Shown: positions 50,901 through 64,000 of the stretch, in pieces | Numbering within the stretch: position 1 is the stretch's first letter | How the letters are laid out: the number at the start of each line of letters is the position of its first letter | NCBI GenBank assembly: GCA_964016885.1 | Contig: OZ024742.1 | Location: forward strand, 235,476,001 to 235,540,000 | DNA from: Eledone cirrhosa | Taxonomy: Eukaryota | DNA: 64,000 nt | Direction of reading: 5' to 3' | The notes under the pieces: generated by a model | What the model saw: only the letters and a program-made list of their open reading frames with translations | Database searches by the model: none | What the model was told of the DNA's origin: nothing | Position numbers and translations under genes: made by a program

Positions 50901-53900
50901 GTGACTGTATCAAAAATATTGTAGTTAAAAGGTGACTGTATCAGAAATATTGTGAGATAGAAGGTGACTGTATCAGAACTATTGTAGTGGAAAGGTGACT
51001 GTATCAGAACTATTGTAGTTGAAAGGTGACTGTATCAGAACTATTGTAGTTGAAAGGTGACTGTATCAGAACTAATGTAGTTGAAATGTGACTGTATCCG
51101 AAGTATAGTAGTGGAAAGGTGACTGTATCAGAACCATTGTAGTTGAAAGGTGACTGTATCAGAACTATTGTAGTAGAAATGTGACTGTATAAGAACTATT
51201 GTAGTTGAAAGGTGACTGTAACAGAACTATAGTAGTAGAAAGGTGACTGTAACAGAGCTAACGTAGTTGAAAGGTGACTGTATCAGAACTAATGTAGTTG
51301 AAAGGTGACTGTATCAGAACTATTGTAGTTGAAATGTGAATGTATCCGAAGTATAGTAGTTGAAAGGTGACTGTATCAGAACTAATGTAATTGAAATGTG
51401 ACTGTATCAGAACTATTGTAGTTGAAAGGTGACTGTATGCGAAGTATAGTAGTTGAAAGGTGACTGTATCAGAACTAATGTAGTTGAAATGTGACTGTAT
51501 CAGAACTATTGTAGTTGAAAGGTGACTGTATCATAACTATTGTAGTTGAAAGGTGACTGTATCAGAACTAATGTAGTTGAAATGTGACTGTATCAGAACT
51601 AATGTAGTTCAAAGGTGACTGTATCAGAACTATTGTAGTTGAAAGGTGACTGCATCAGAACTATTGTAGTTGAAAGGTGACTGTATCAGAACTATTGTAG
51701 TAGAAAGGTGACTGTATCAGAACTAATGTAGTTGAAAGATGACTGTATAAGAACTATTGTAGTGGAAAGGTGACTGTATCAGAACTAATGTAATTGAAAT
51801 GTTACTGTATCAGAACTATTGTAGTTGAAAGGTGACTGTATCCGAAGTATAGTAGTTGAAAGGTGACTGTATCAGAACTAATGTAGTTGAAATGTGACTG
51901 TATCAGAACTATTGTAGTTGAAAGGTGACTGTATCAGAACTAATCTAGTTGAAAGGTGACTGTATCAGAACTATTGTAGTAGAAAGGTGACTGTATCAGT
52001 ACTATTGTAGTTGAAAGGTGACTGTATCAGAACTATTGTAGTAGAAAGGTGACTGTATCAGAACTATTGTAGTTGAAAGGTGACTGTATCAGAAATATTG
52101 TAGTTAAAAGGTCACTGTATCAAAAGTATTGTAGTTGAAAGGTGACTGTATCAGAAATATTGTGAGATAGAAGGTGATTGTATCAGAACTATTGTAGTGG
52201 AAAGGTGACTGTATCAGAACTATTGTAGTTGAAAGGTGACTGTATCAGAACTATTGTAGTTGAAAGGTGACTGTATCAGAACTAATGTAGTTGAAATGTG
52301 ACTGTATCCGAAGTATAGTAGTGGAAAGGTGACTGTATCAGAACTATTGTAGTTGAAAGGTGACTGTATCAGAACTATTGTAGTTGAAAGGTGACTGTAT
52401 CAGAACTATTGTAGTAGAAAGGTGACTGTATCAAAACTATTGTAGTTGAAAGGTGACTGTATCAGAACTAATGTAGTTGAAAGGTGACTGTATCAGAACT
52501 ATTGTGAGATGGAAGGTGACTGTATCAGAACTATTGTAGTTGAAAGGTGACTGTATCAGAACTATTGTAGTAGAAATGTGACTGTATAAGAACTATTGTA
52601 GTTGAAAGGTGACTGTATAAGAACTATTGTAGTTGAAAGGTGACTGTATCAGAACTATTGTAGTAGAAAGGTGACTGTATCCGAAGTATAGTAGTTGAAA
52701 GGTGACTGTATCAGAACTAATGTAGTTGAAAGGTGACTGTATCAGAACTATCGTAGTTGAAAGGTGACTGTATCAGAACTATTGTAGTTGAAATGTGACT
52801 GTATCAGAAATAATGTAGTTGAAATGTGACCGTATCAGAACTATTGTAGTAGAAAGGTGACTGTATCCGAAGTATAGTAGTTGAAAGGTGACTGTATCAG
52901 AACTATTGTAGTTGAAAGGTGAGTGTATCAGAACTGTTGTATTTGAAAGGTGACTGTATCAGAACTATTGTAGTTGAAAGGTGACTGTATCAGAAGTATT
53001 GTAGTTGAAATGTGACTGTATCAGAACTAATGTAATTGAAAGGTGACTGTATCAGAACTATTGTAGTTGAAATGAGACTGTATCCGAAGTATAGTAGTTG
53101 AAAGGAGACTGTATCAGAACTAATGTAGTTGAAATGTGACTGTATCAGAACTATTGTAGTTCAAAGGTGACTGTATCAGAACTATTGTAGTTGAAAGGTG
53201 ACAGTATCAGAACTATTGTAGTGGAAAGGTGACTGTACCAGAAGTATTGTAGTTGAAATGTGACTGTATCCGAAGTACAGTAGTTGCAAGGTGACTGTAT
53301 CAGAACTAATGTAGTTGAAATGTGACTGTATCAGAACTATTGTAGTTGAAAGGTGACTGTATCCTAAGTATAGTAGTTGAAAGGTGACTGTATCAGAACT
53401 AATGTAGTTGAAATGTGACTGTATCAGAACTATTGTAGTTGAAAGGTGACTGTATCAGAACTACTGTAGTTGAAAAGTGACTGTATCAGAACTATTGTAG
53501 TTGAAAGGTGACTGTATCAGAACTATTGTACTAGAAAGGTGACTGTATCAGAACTAATGTAGTTGAAAGATGACTGTATAAGAACTATTGTAGTTGAAAG
53601 GTGACTGTATCCGAAGTATAGTAGTTGAAAGGTGACTGTATCCGAAGTATAGTAGTTGAAAGGTGACTGTATCAGAACTAATGTACTAGAAAGGTGACTG
53701 TATCAGAACTAATGTAGTTGAAAGGTGACTGTATCAGAACTATTGTAGTTGAAAGGTGACTGTATCAGAACTATTGTAGTTGAAAGGTGACTGTATCAGA
53801 ACTATTGTAGTGGAAAGTGACTGTATCAGAACTAATGTAGTTGAAAAGTGACTGTATCAGAACTATTGTAGTTGAAATGTGACTGTATCCGAAATATAGT

Positions 53901-56900
53901 AGTGGAAAGGTGACTGTATCAGAACTATTGTAGTTGAAAGGTGACTGTATCAGAACTATTGTAGTTGAAAGGTGACTGTATCAGAACTATTGTAGTTCAA
54001 AGATGACTGTATCAGAACTATTGTAGTTAAAAGGTGACTGTATCAGAACAAATGTAGTTGAAAGGTGACTGTATCAGAAATATTGTAGTTGAAAGGTGAC
54101 TGTATCAGAACTAATGTAGTTGAAAGGTGACTGTATCAGAACCATTGTAGTTGAAAGGTGACTGTATCAGAACTAATGTAGTTGAAAGGAGACTGTATCA
54201 GAACTATTGTTGTTGAAAGGTGACTGTATCAGAACTATTGTAGTTGAAAGGTGACTGTATCACAACTATTGCAGTTGAAAGGTGACTGTATCAGAACTAT
54301 TGTAGTAGAAAGGTGACTGTATAAGAACTATTGTAGTTGAAAGGTGACTGTATCAGAACTAATCTAGTTGAAAGGTGACTGTATCAGAACTATTGTAGTA
54401 GAAAGGTGACTGTATCAGTACTATTGTAGTTGAAAGGTGACTGTATCAGAACTATTGTAGTAGAAAGGTGACTGTATCAGAACTATTGTAGTTGAAAGGT
54501 GACTGTATCAAAAATATTGTAGTTAAAAGGTGACTGTATCAGAAATATTGTGAGATAGAAGGTGACTGTATCAGAACTATTGTAGTGGAAAGGTGACTGT
54601 ATCAGAACTATTGTAGTTGAAAGGTGACTGTATCAGAACTATTGTAGTTGAAAGGTGACTGTATCAGAACTAATGTAGTTGAAATGTGACTGTATCCGAA
54701 GTATAGTAGTGGAAAGGTGACTGTATCAGAACCATTGTAGTTGAAAGGTGACTGTATCAGAACTATTGTAGTAGAAATGTGACTGTATAAGAACTATTGT
54801 AGTTGAAAGGTGACTGTAACAGAACTATAGTAGTAGAAAGGTGACTGTAACAGAGCTAACGTAGTTGAAAGGTGACTGTATCAGAACTAATGTAGTTGAA
54901 AGGTGACTGTATCAGAACTATTGTAGTAGAAAGGTGACTGTATCCGAAGTATAGTAGTTGAAAGGTGACAGTATCAGAAGTATTGTAGTTGAAATGTGAC
55001 TGTATCAGAACTAATGTAATTGAAATGTGACTGTATCAGAACTATTGTAGTTGAAAGGTGACTGTATCCGAAGTATAGTAGTTGAAAGGTGACTGTATCA
55101 GAACTAATGTAGTTGAAATGTGACTGTATCAGAACTATTGTAGTTGAAAGGTGACTGTATTATAACTATTATAGTTGAAAGGTGACTGTATCAGAACTAT
55201 TGTAGTTGAAAGATTACTGTATTAGAACTATTGTAGTTGAAAGGTGACTGTATCAGAAGTATTGTAGTTAAAAGGTGACTGTATCCGAAGTATAGTAGTT
55301 GAAAGGTGACTGTATCAGAACTAATGTAATTGAAATGCGACTGTATCAGAACTATTGTAGTTGAAAGGTGACTGTATCCAAAGTATAGTAGTTGAAAGGT
55401 GACTGTATCAGAACTAATGTAGTTGAAATGTGACTGTATCAGAACTATTGTAGTTGAAAGGTGACTGTATCATAACTATTGTAGTTGAAAGGTGACTGTA
55501 TCAGAACTATCGTAGTTGAAATGTGACTGTATCAGAACTATTGTAGTAGAAAGGTGACTGTATCAGAACTATTGTAGTTGAAAGGTGACTGTATCAGAAC
55601 CATTGTAGTTGAAAGGTGACTGTATCAGAACTATTGTAGTTGAAAGGTGACTGTATCCGAAGTATAGTAGTTGAAAGGTGACTGTATCAGAACTATTGTA
55701 GTTGAAAGGTGACTGTATCAGAACTAATGTAGTTGAAATGTGACTGTATCAGAACTATTGTAGTTGAAAGGTGACTGTATCATAACTATAGTAGTAGAAA
55801 GGTGACTGTAACAGAGCTAACGTAGTTGAAATGTGACTGTATCAGAACTAATGTAGTTGAAAGGTGACTGTATCAGAACTATTGTAGTTAAAAGGTGACT
55901 GTATCAGAAGTATTGTAGTTGAAAGGTGACTGTATCAGAACTATTGTAGTTGAAAGGTGACTGTATAAGAACTATTGTAATTGAAAGGTGACTGTATCAG
56001 ATCTATTGTAGTAGAAAGGTGACTGTATCCGAAGTATAGTAGTGGAAAGGTGACTGTAACAGAACTATTGTAGTTGAAAGGTGACTGTATCAGAACTAAT
56101 GTAGTTGAAATGTGACTGTATCAGAACTATTGTAGTTGAAAGGTGACTGTATCAGAACTATTGTAGTTGAAAGGTGACTGTATCAGAACTATTGTAGTTG
56201 AAAGGTGACTGTATCAGAACTAATGTAGTTGAAATGTGACTGTATCAGAACTATTGTAGTTGAAAGGTGACTGTATCAGAACTATTGTAGTTGAAATGTG
56301 ACTATATCAGAACTATTGTAGTTGAAAGGTGACTGTATCCGAAGTATAGTAGTTGAAAGGTGACTGTATCCGAAGTATAGTAGTTGAAAGGTGACTGTAT
56401 CAGAACTAATATAGTTGAAATGTGACTGTATCAGAACTATTGTAGTTCAAAGGTGACTGTATCAGAACTATTGTAGTTGAAAGGTGACTGCATCAGAACT
56501 ATTGTAGTTGAAAGGTGACAGTATCAGAACTATTGTAGTAGAAAGGTGACTGTATCAGAACTAATGTAGTTGAAAGATGACTGTATAAGAACTATTGTAG
56601 TTGAAAGGTGACTGTATCAGAACTATTGTAGTTGAAAGGTGACTGTATAAGAACTATTGTAGTTGAAAGGTGACTGTATCAGAACTATTGTAGTAGAAAG
56701 GTGACTGTATCCGAAGAATAGTATTGGAAAGGTGACTGTATCAGAACTAATGTAGTAGAAAGGTGACTGTATCAGAACTATTGTAGTTGAAAGGTGACTG
56801 TATCAGAACTATTGTAGTTAAAATGTGACTGTATCAGAACTAATGTAGTTGAAATGTGACCGTATCAGAACTATTGTAGTAGAAAGGTGACTGTATCCGA

Positions 56901-59900
56901 AGTATAGTAGTTGAAAGGTGACTGTATCAGAACTGTTGTAGTTGAAAGGTGACTGTATCAGAACTATTGTATTTGAAAGGTGACTGTATCCGAAGTATAG
57001 TAGTTGAAAGGTGACTGTATCAGAACTAATGTAGTTGAAATGTGACTGTATCCGAAGTATAGTAGTTGAAAGGTGACTGTATCAGAACTAATGTAATTGA
57101 AATGTGACTGTATCAGAACTATTGTAGTTGAAAGGTGACTGTATCCGAAGTATAGTAGTTGAAAGGTGACTGTATCAGAACTAATGTAGTTGAAATGTGA
57201 CTGTCTCAGAACTATTGTAGTTGAAAGCTGACTGTATCATAATTATTGTAGTTGAAAGGTGACTGTATCAGAACCATTGTAGTTGAAAGGTGACTGTAGA
57301 AGAACTATTGTAGTTGAAAGGTGACTGTATGAGAACTATTGTAGTAGAAAGGTGACTGTATCCGAAGTATAGTAGTGGAAAGGTGACTGTATCAGAACTA
57401 TTGTAGTGGAAAGGTGACTGTATCAGAATTAATGTAGTGGAAAGGTGACTGTATCAGAAGTATTGTAGTTGAAAGATGACTGTATCAGAACTATTGTAGT
57501 AGAAAGGTGACTGTATCAGAACTAATGTAGTGGAAAGGTGACTGTATCAGAACTAATGTAATTGAAATGTGACTGTATCAGAACTATTGTAGTTGAAATG
57601 TGACTGTATCCGAAGTATAGTAGTTGAAAAGTGACTGTATCAGAACTAATGTAGTTGAAATGTGACTGTATCAGAACTATTGTAGTTCAAAGGTGACTGT
57701 ATCAGAACTATTGTAGTTGAAAGGTGACTGTATCAGAACTATTGTAGTTGAAAGGTGACTGCATCAGAACTATTGTAGTAGAAAGGTGACTGTATCAGAA
57801 CTAATGTAGTTGAAAGATGACTGTATAAGAACTATTGTAGTTGAAAGGTGACTGTATCAGAACTATTGTAGTTGAAAGGTGACTGTATCAGAAGTATTGT
57901 AGTGGAAAGGTGACTGTATCAGAACTAATGTAGTTGAAATGTGACCGTATCAGAATTATTGTAGTTGAAAGGTGACTGCATCAGAACTATTGTAGTTGAA
58001 AGGTGACTGTATCAGAACTAATGTAGTTGAAATGTGACTGTATCAGAACTATTGTAGTTGAAAGGTGACTGCATCAGAACTATTGTAGTTGAAAGGTGAC
58101 TGTATCAGAAATATTGTAGTAGAAAGGTGACTGTATCAGAACTATTGTAGTTGAAATGTGACTGTATCAGAATTATTGTAGTAGAAAGGTGACTGTATCA
58201 GAACTATTGTAGTTGAAAGGTGACTGTATCAGAACTAATGTAGTTGAAAGGTGACTGTATCAGAACTATTGTGAGATGGAAGGTGAATGTATCAGAACTA
58301 TTGTAGTTGAAAGGTGACTGTATCAGAACTATTGTAGTAGAAAGGTGACTGTAACAGAGCTAACGTAGTTGAAAGGTGACTGTATCAGAACCAATGTAGT
58401 TGAAAGGTGACTGTATCAGAACTATTGTAGTTGAAAGGTGACTGCATCAGAAGTATTGTAGTTGAAAGGTGACTGTATCAGAACTATTGTAGTTGAAAGG
58501 TGACTGTATCAGAACTATTGTAGTTGAAAGGTGACTGTATCAGAACTATTGTAGTTGAAAGGTGACTCTATCAGAACTATTGTAGTTGAAAGGTGACTGT
58601 ATCAGAACTATTGTAGTAGAAAGGTGACTGTATCAGAACTATTGTAGTTGAAAGGTGACTGTATCCAAAGTATAGTAGTTGAAAGGTGACTGTATCAGAA
58701 CTAATGTAGTTGAAATGTGACTGTATCAGAACTATTGTAGTTGAAAGGTGACTGTATCATAACTATTGTAGTTGAAATGTGACTGTATCAGAACTATCGT
58801 AGTTGAAATGTGACTGTATCAGAACTATTGTAGTAGAAAGGTGACTGTATCAGAACTATTGTAGTTGAAAGGTGACTGTATCAGAACCATTGTAGTTGAA
58901 AGGTGACTGTATCAGAACTATTGTAGTTGAAAGGTGACTGTATCCGAAGTATAGTAGTTGAAAGGTGACTGTATCAGAACTAATGTAGTTGAAATGTGAC
59001 TGTATCAGAACTATTGTAGTTGAAAGGTGACTGTATCATAACTATAGTAGTAGAAAGGTGACTGTAACAGAGCTAACGTAGTTGAAAGGTGACTGTATCA
59101 GAACTAATGTAGTTGAAAGGTGACTGTATCAGAACTATTGTAGTTAAAAGGTGACTGTATCAGAAGTATTGTAGTTGAAAGGTGACTGTATCAGAACTAT
59201 TGTAGTTGAAAGGTGACTGTATAAGAACTAATGTAGTTGAAATGTGACTGTATCAGAACTATTGTCGTTGAAAGGTGACTGTATCAGAACTAATGTAATT
59301 GAAACGTGACTGTATCAGAACCATTGTAGTTGAAAGGTGACTGTATCAGAACTAATGTAGTTGAAATGTGACTGTATCAGAACTATTGTAGTTGAAAGGT
59401 GACTGTATGATAACTATTGTAGTTGAAAGGTGACTGTATCAGAACTATCGTAGTTGAAAGGTGACTGTATCAGAACTATTGTAGTAGAAAGGTGACTGTA
59501 TCAGAACTATTGTAGTTGAAAGGTGACTGTATCAGAACCATTGTAGTTGAAAGGTGACTGTATAAGAACTATTGTAGTTGAAAGGTGACAGTATCAGATC
59601 TATTGTAGTAGAAAGGTGACTGTATCAGAACTATTGTAGTTGAAAGTTGACTGTATCAGAACTAATGTAGTTGAAATGTGACTGTATCAGAACTATTGTA
59701 GTTGAAAGGTGACTGTATCAGAACTATTGTAGTTGAAAGGTGACTGTATCAGAACTACTGTAGTTGAAAGGTGACTGTATCAGAACTAATGTAGTTGAAA
59801 GGTGACTGTATCAGAACTATTGTAGTTGAAAGGTGACTGTATCAGAACTATTGTAGTTCAAATGTGACTGTATCAGAACTATTGTAGTTGAAAGGTGACT

Positions 59901-62900
59901 GCATCAGAACTATTGTAGTTGAAATGTGACTGTATCAGAACTATTGTAGTAGAAAGGTGACTGTATCAGAACTAATGTAGTTGAAAGATGACTGTATAAG
60001 AACTATTGTAGTTGAAAGTTGACTGTATCAGAACTATTGTAGTTGAAAGGTGACTGTATCAGAACTATTGTAGTTGAAAGGTGACTGTATCAGAACTATT
60101 GTAGTTAAAAGGTGACTGTATCAGAAGTATTGTAGTTGAAAGTTGACTGTATCAGAACTATTGTAGTTGAAAGGTGACTGTATCAGAACTATTGTAGTTG
60201 AAAGGTGACTGTATCAGAACTATTGTAGTTAAAAGGTGACTGTATCAGAAGTATTGTAGTTGAAAGGTGACTGTATCAGAAATATTGTAGTTGAAAGGTG
60301 ACTGTATCAGAACTATTGTAGTTGAAAAGTGACTCTATCAGAACTATTGTAGTTGAAAGGTGACTGTATCAGAACTATTTTATTTGAAATGTGACTGTAT
60401 CAGAACTAATGTTGTTGAAAGGTGACTGTATCAGAACTAATGTAGTGGAAATGTGACTGTATCAGAACTATTGTAGTTGAAAGGTGACTGTATCAGAACT
60501 ATTGTAGTTGAAAGGTGACTGTATCAGAACTATTGTAGTTGAAAGGTGACTGTATCAGAACTATTGTAGTTAAAAGGTGACTGTATCAGAACTAATGTAG
60601 TTGAAATGTGACTGTATCCGAAGTATAGTAGTGGAAAGGTGACTGTATCAGAACTATTGTAGTTGAAAGGTGACTGTATCAGAACTATTGTAGTTGAAAG
60701 GTGACTGTATCAGAACTATTGTAGTAGAAAAGTGACTGTATCAGAACTATTGTAGTTGAAAGGTGACTGTATCAGAGGTATAGTAGTTGAAAGGTGACTG
60801 TATCAGAAGTATTGTAGTTGAAATGTGACTGTATCAGAACTAATGTAATTGAAATGTGACTGTATCAGAACCATTGTAGTTGAAAGGTGACTGTATCCGA
60901 AGTATAGTAGTTGAAAGGTGACTGTATCAGAACTAATGTAGTTGAAATGTGACTGTATCAGAACTATTGTAGTTGAAAGGTGACTGTATCATAACTATTT
61001 TAGTTGAAAGGTGACTGTATCAGAAGTATTGTAGTTGAAATGTGACTGCATCCGAAGTATAGTAGTTGAAAGGTGACTGTATCAGAACTAATGTAATTGA
61101 AATGTGACTGTATCAGAACTATTGTAGTTGAAAGGTAACTGTATCCGAAGTATAGTAGTTGAAAGGTGACTGTATCAGAACTAATGTAGTAAAAATGTGA
61201 CTGTATCAGAACTATTGTAGTTGAAAGGTGACTGTATCAGAACTATTGTAGTTGAAAGGTGACTGTATCAGAACTATTGTAGTTGAAAGGTGACTGTATC
61301 AGAACTATTGTAGTTAAAAGGTGACTGTATCAGAACTAATGTAGTTGAAATGTGACTGTATCCGAAGTATAGTAGTGGAAAGGTGACTGTATCAGAACTA
61401 TTGTAGTTGAAAGGTGACTGTATCAGAACCATTGTAGTTGAAAGGTGACTGTATAAGAACTATTGTAGTTGAAATGTGACTGTATCAGATCTATTGTAGT
61501 AGAAAGGTGACTGTATCAGAACTATTGTAGTTGAAAGTTGACTGTATCAGAACTAATGTAGTTGAAATGTGACTGTATCAGAACTATTGTAGTTGAAAGG
61601 TGACTGTATCAGAACTATTGTAGTTGAAAGGTGACTGTATCAGAACTAATGAAGTTGAAAGGTGACTGTATCAGAACTATTGTAGTTGAAAGGTGACTGT
61701 TTCAGAACTATTGTAGTGGAAAGGTGACTGTATCAGAACTAATGTAGTTGAAATGTGACCGTATCAGAATTATTGTAGTTGAAAGGTGACTGCATCAGAA
61801 CTATTGTAGTTGAAAGGTGACTGTATCAGAACTAATGTAGTTGAAATGTGACTGTATCAGAACTATTGTAGTTGAAAGGTGACTGCATCAGAACTATTGT
61901 AGTTGAAAGGTGACTGTATCAGAAATATTGTAGTAGAAAGGTGACTGTATCAGAACTATTGTAGTTGAAATGTGACTGTATCAGAATTATTGTAGTAGAA
62001 AGGTGACTGTATCAGAACTATTGTAGTTGAAAGGTGACTGTATCAGAACTAATGTAGTTGAAAGGTGACTGTATCAGAACTATTGTGAGATGGAAGGTGA
62101 ATGTATCAGAACTATTGTAGTTGAAAGGTGACTGTATCAGAACTATTGTAGTAGAAAGGTGACTGTAACAGAGCTAACGTAGTTGAAAGGTGACTGTATC
62201 AGAACCAATGTAGTTGAAAGGTGACTGTATCAGAACTATTGTAGTTGAAAGGTGACTGCATCAGAAGTATTGTAGTTGAAAGGTGACTGTATCAGAACTA
62301 TTGTAGTTGAAAGGTGACTGTATCAGAACTATTGTAGTTGAAAGGTGACTGTATCAGAACTATTGTAGTTGAAAGGTGACTCTATCAGAACTATTGTAGT
62401 TGAAAGGTGACTGTATCAGAACTATTGTAGTAGAAAGGTGACTGTATCAGAACTATTGTAGTTGAAAGGTGACTGTATCCAAAGTATAGTAGTTGAAAGG
62501 TGACTGTATCAGAACTAATGTAGTTGAAATGTGACTGTATCAGAACTATTGTAGTTGAAAGGTGACTGTATCATAACTATTGTAGTTGAAATGTGACTGT
62601 ATCAGAACTATCGTAGTTGAAATGTGACTGTATCAGAACTATTGTAGTAGAAAGGTGACTGTATCAGAACTATTGTAGTTGAAAGGTGACTGTATCAGAA
62701 CCATTGTAGTTGAAAGGTGACTGTATCAGAACTATTGTAGTTGAAAGGTGACTGTATCCGAAGTATAGTAGTTGAAAGGTGACTGTATCAGAACTAATGT
62801 AGTTGAAATGTGACTGTATCAGAACTATTGTAGTTGAAAGGTGACTGTATCATAACTATAGTAGTAGAAAGGTGACTGTAACAGAGCTAACGTAGTTGAA

Positions 62901-64000
62901 AGGTGACTGTATCAGAACTAATGTAGTTGAAAGGTGACTGTATCAGAACTATTGTAGTTAAAAGGTGACTGTATCAGAAGTATTGTAGTTGAAAGGTGAC
63001 TGTATCAGAACTATTGTAGTTGAAAGGTGACTGTATAAGAACTAATGTAGTTGAAATGTGACTGTATCAGAACTATTGTCGTTGAAAGGTGACTGTATCA
63101 GAACTAATGTAATTGAAACGTGACTGTATCAGAACCATTGTAGTTGAAAGGTGACTGTATCAGAACTAATGTAGTTGAAATGTGACTGTATCAGAACTAT
63201 TGTAGTTGAAAGGTGACTGTATGATAACTATTGTAGTTGAAAGGTGACTGTATCAGAACTATCGTAGTTGAAAGGTGACTGTATCAGAACTATTGTAGTA
63301 GAAAGGTGACTGTATCAGAACTATTGTAGTTGAAAGGTGACTGTATCAGAACCATTGTAGTTGAAAGGTGACTGTATAAGAACTATTGTAGTTGAAAGGT
63401 GACAGTATCAGATCTATTGTAGTAGAAAGGTGACTGTATCAGAACTATTGTAGTTGAAAGTTGACTGTATCAGAACTAATGTAGTTGAAATGTGACTGTA
63501 TCAGAACTATTGTAGTTGAAAGGTGACTGTATCAGAACTATTGTAGTTGAAAGGTGACTGTATCAGAACTACTGTAGTTGAAAGGTGACTGTATCAGAAC
63601 TAATGTAGTTGAAAGGTGACTGTATCAGAACTATTGTAGTTGAAAGGTGACTGTATCAGAACTATTGTAGTTCAAATGTGACTGTATCAGAACTATTGTA
63701 GTTGAAAGGTGACTGCATCAGAACTATTGTAGTTGAAAGGTGACTGTATCAGAACTATTGTAGTAGAAAGGTGACTGTATCAGAACTAATGTAGTTGAAA
63801 GATGACTGTATAAGAACTATTGTAGTTGAAAGTTGACTGTATCAGAACTATTGTAGTTGAAAGGTGACTGTATCAGAACTATTGTAGTTGAAAGGTGACT
63901 GTATCAGAACTATTGTAGTTAAAAGGTGACTGTATCAGAAGTATTGTAGTTGAAAGTTGACTGTATCAGAACTATTGTAGTTGAAAGGTGACTGTATCAG
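32993..64000. repeat. 31-bp tandem satellite array, about 1000 monomers, running off the window end
   Basis: Consensus GAAAGGTGACTGTATCAGAACTATTGTAGTT with a period of 31 (aaggtgactg at 33001 and 33032). It is head-to-tail throughout with no interruption seen. Confidence 0.99.

Noticed and set aside
32993-64000. 31-bp repeats containing GAAA, superficially CRISPR-like
   Set aside because: Monomers are directly head-to-tail with no unique spacers, there are no cas genes, and the context is eukaryotic.

Overview
Eukaryotic, repeat-rich DNA, most likely from a coleoid cephalopod such as Octopus (inferred from the SINE families, RTE fragments, tandem C2H2 zinc-finger gene and very dense TA/CA microsatellites). 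Bases 1-18 kb hold one intact tandem C2H2 zinc-finger ORF (5982-7211, minus) among decayed Gypsy, RTE, CR1-like, mariner and SINE elements. Bases ~15-31 kb are a (TA)n-rich zone packed with Penelope-like element (PLE) material: a frameshifted Neptune-type RT + GIY-YIG element, a second GIY-YIG element with Hydra-clade-like Cys motifs, and several fold-back palindromes. By eye I find about nine near-complete type I hammerhead ribozyme (HHR) motifs and several half-motifs in this zone. The best candidate for an undescribed system is a non-coding ~430-440 bp tandem unit carrying one minimal type I hammerhead per monomer, with pairing-preserving changes in helix I (20012-20740 and 29128-30076). 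It looks like a retrozyme/circRNA-type element. Bases 32993-64000 are one 31-bp satellite array of about 1000 monomers, with variant layering and higher-order duplications of about 2.2-2.36, 3.6 and 3.8 kb. All calls come from manual reading; no searches or folding programs were run.
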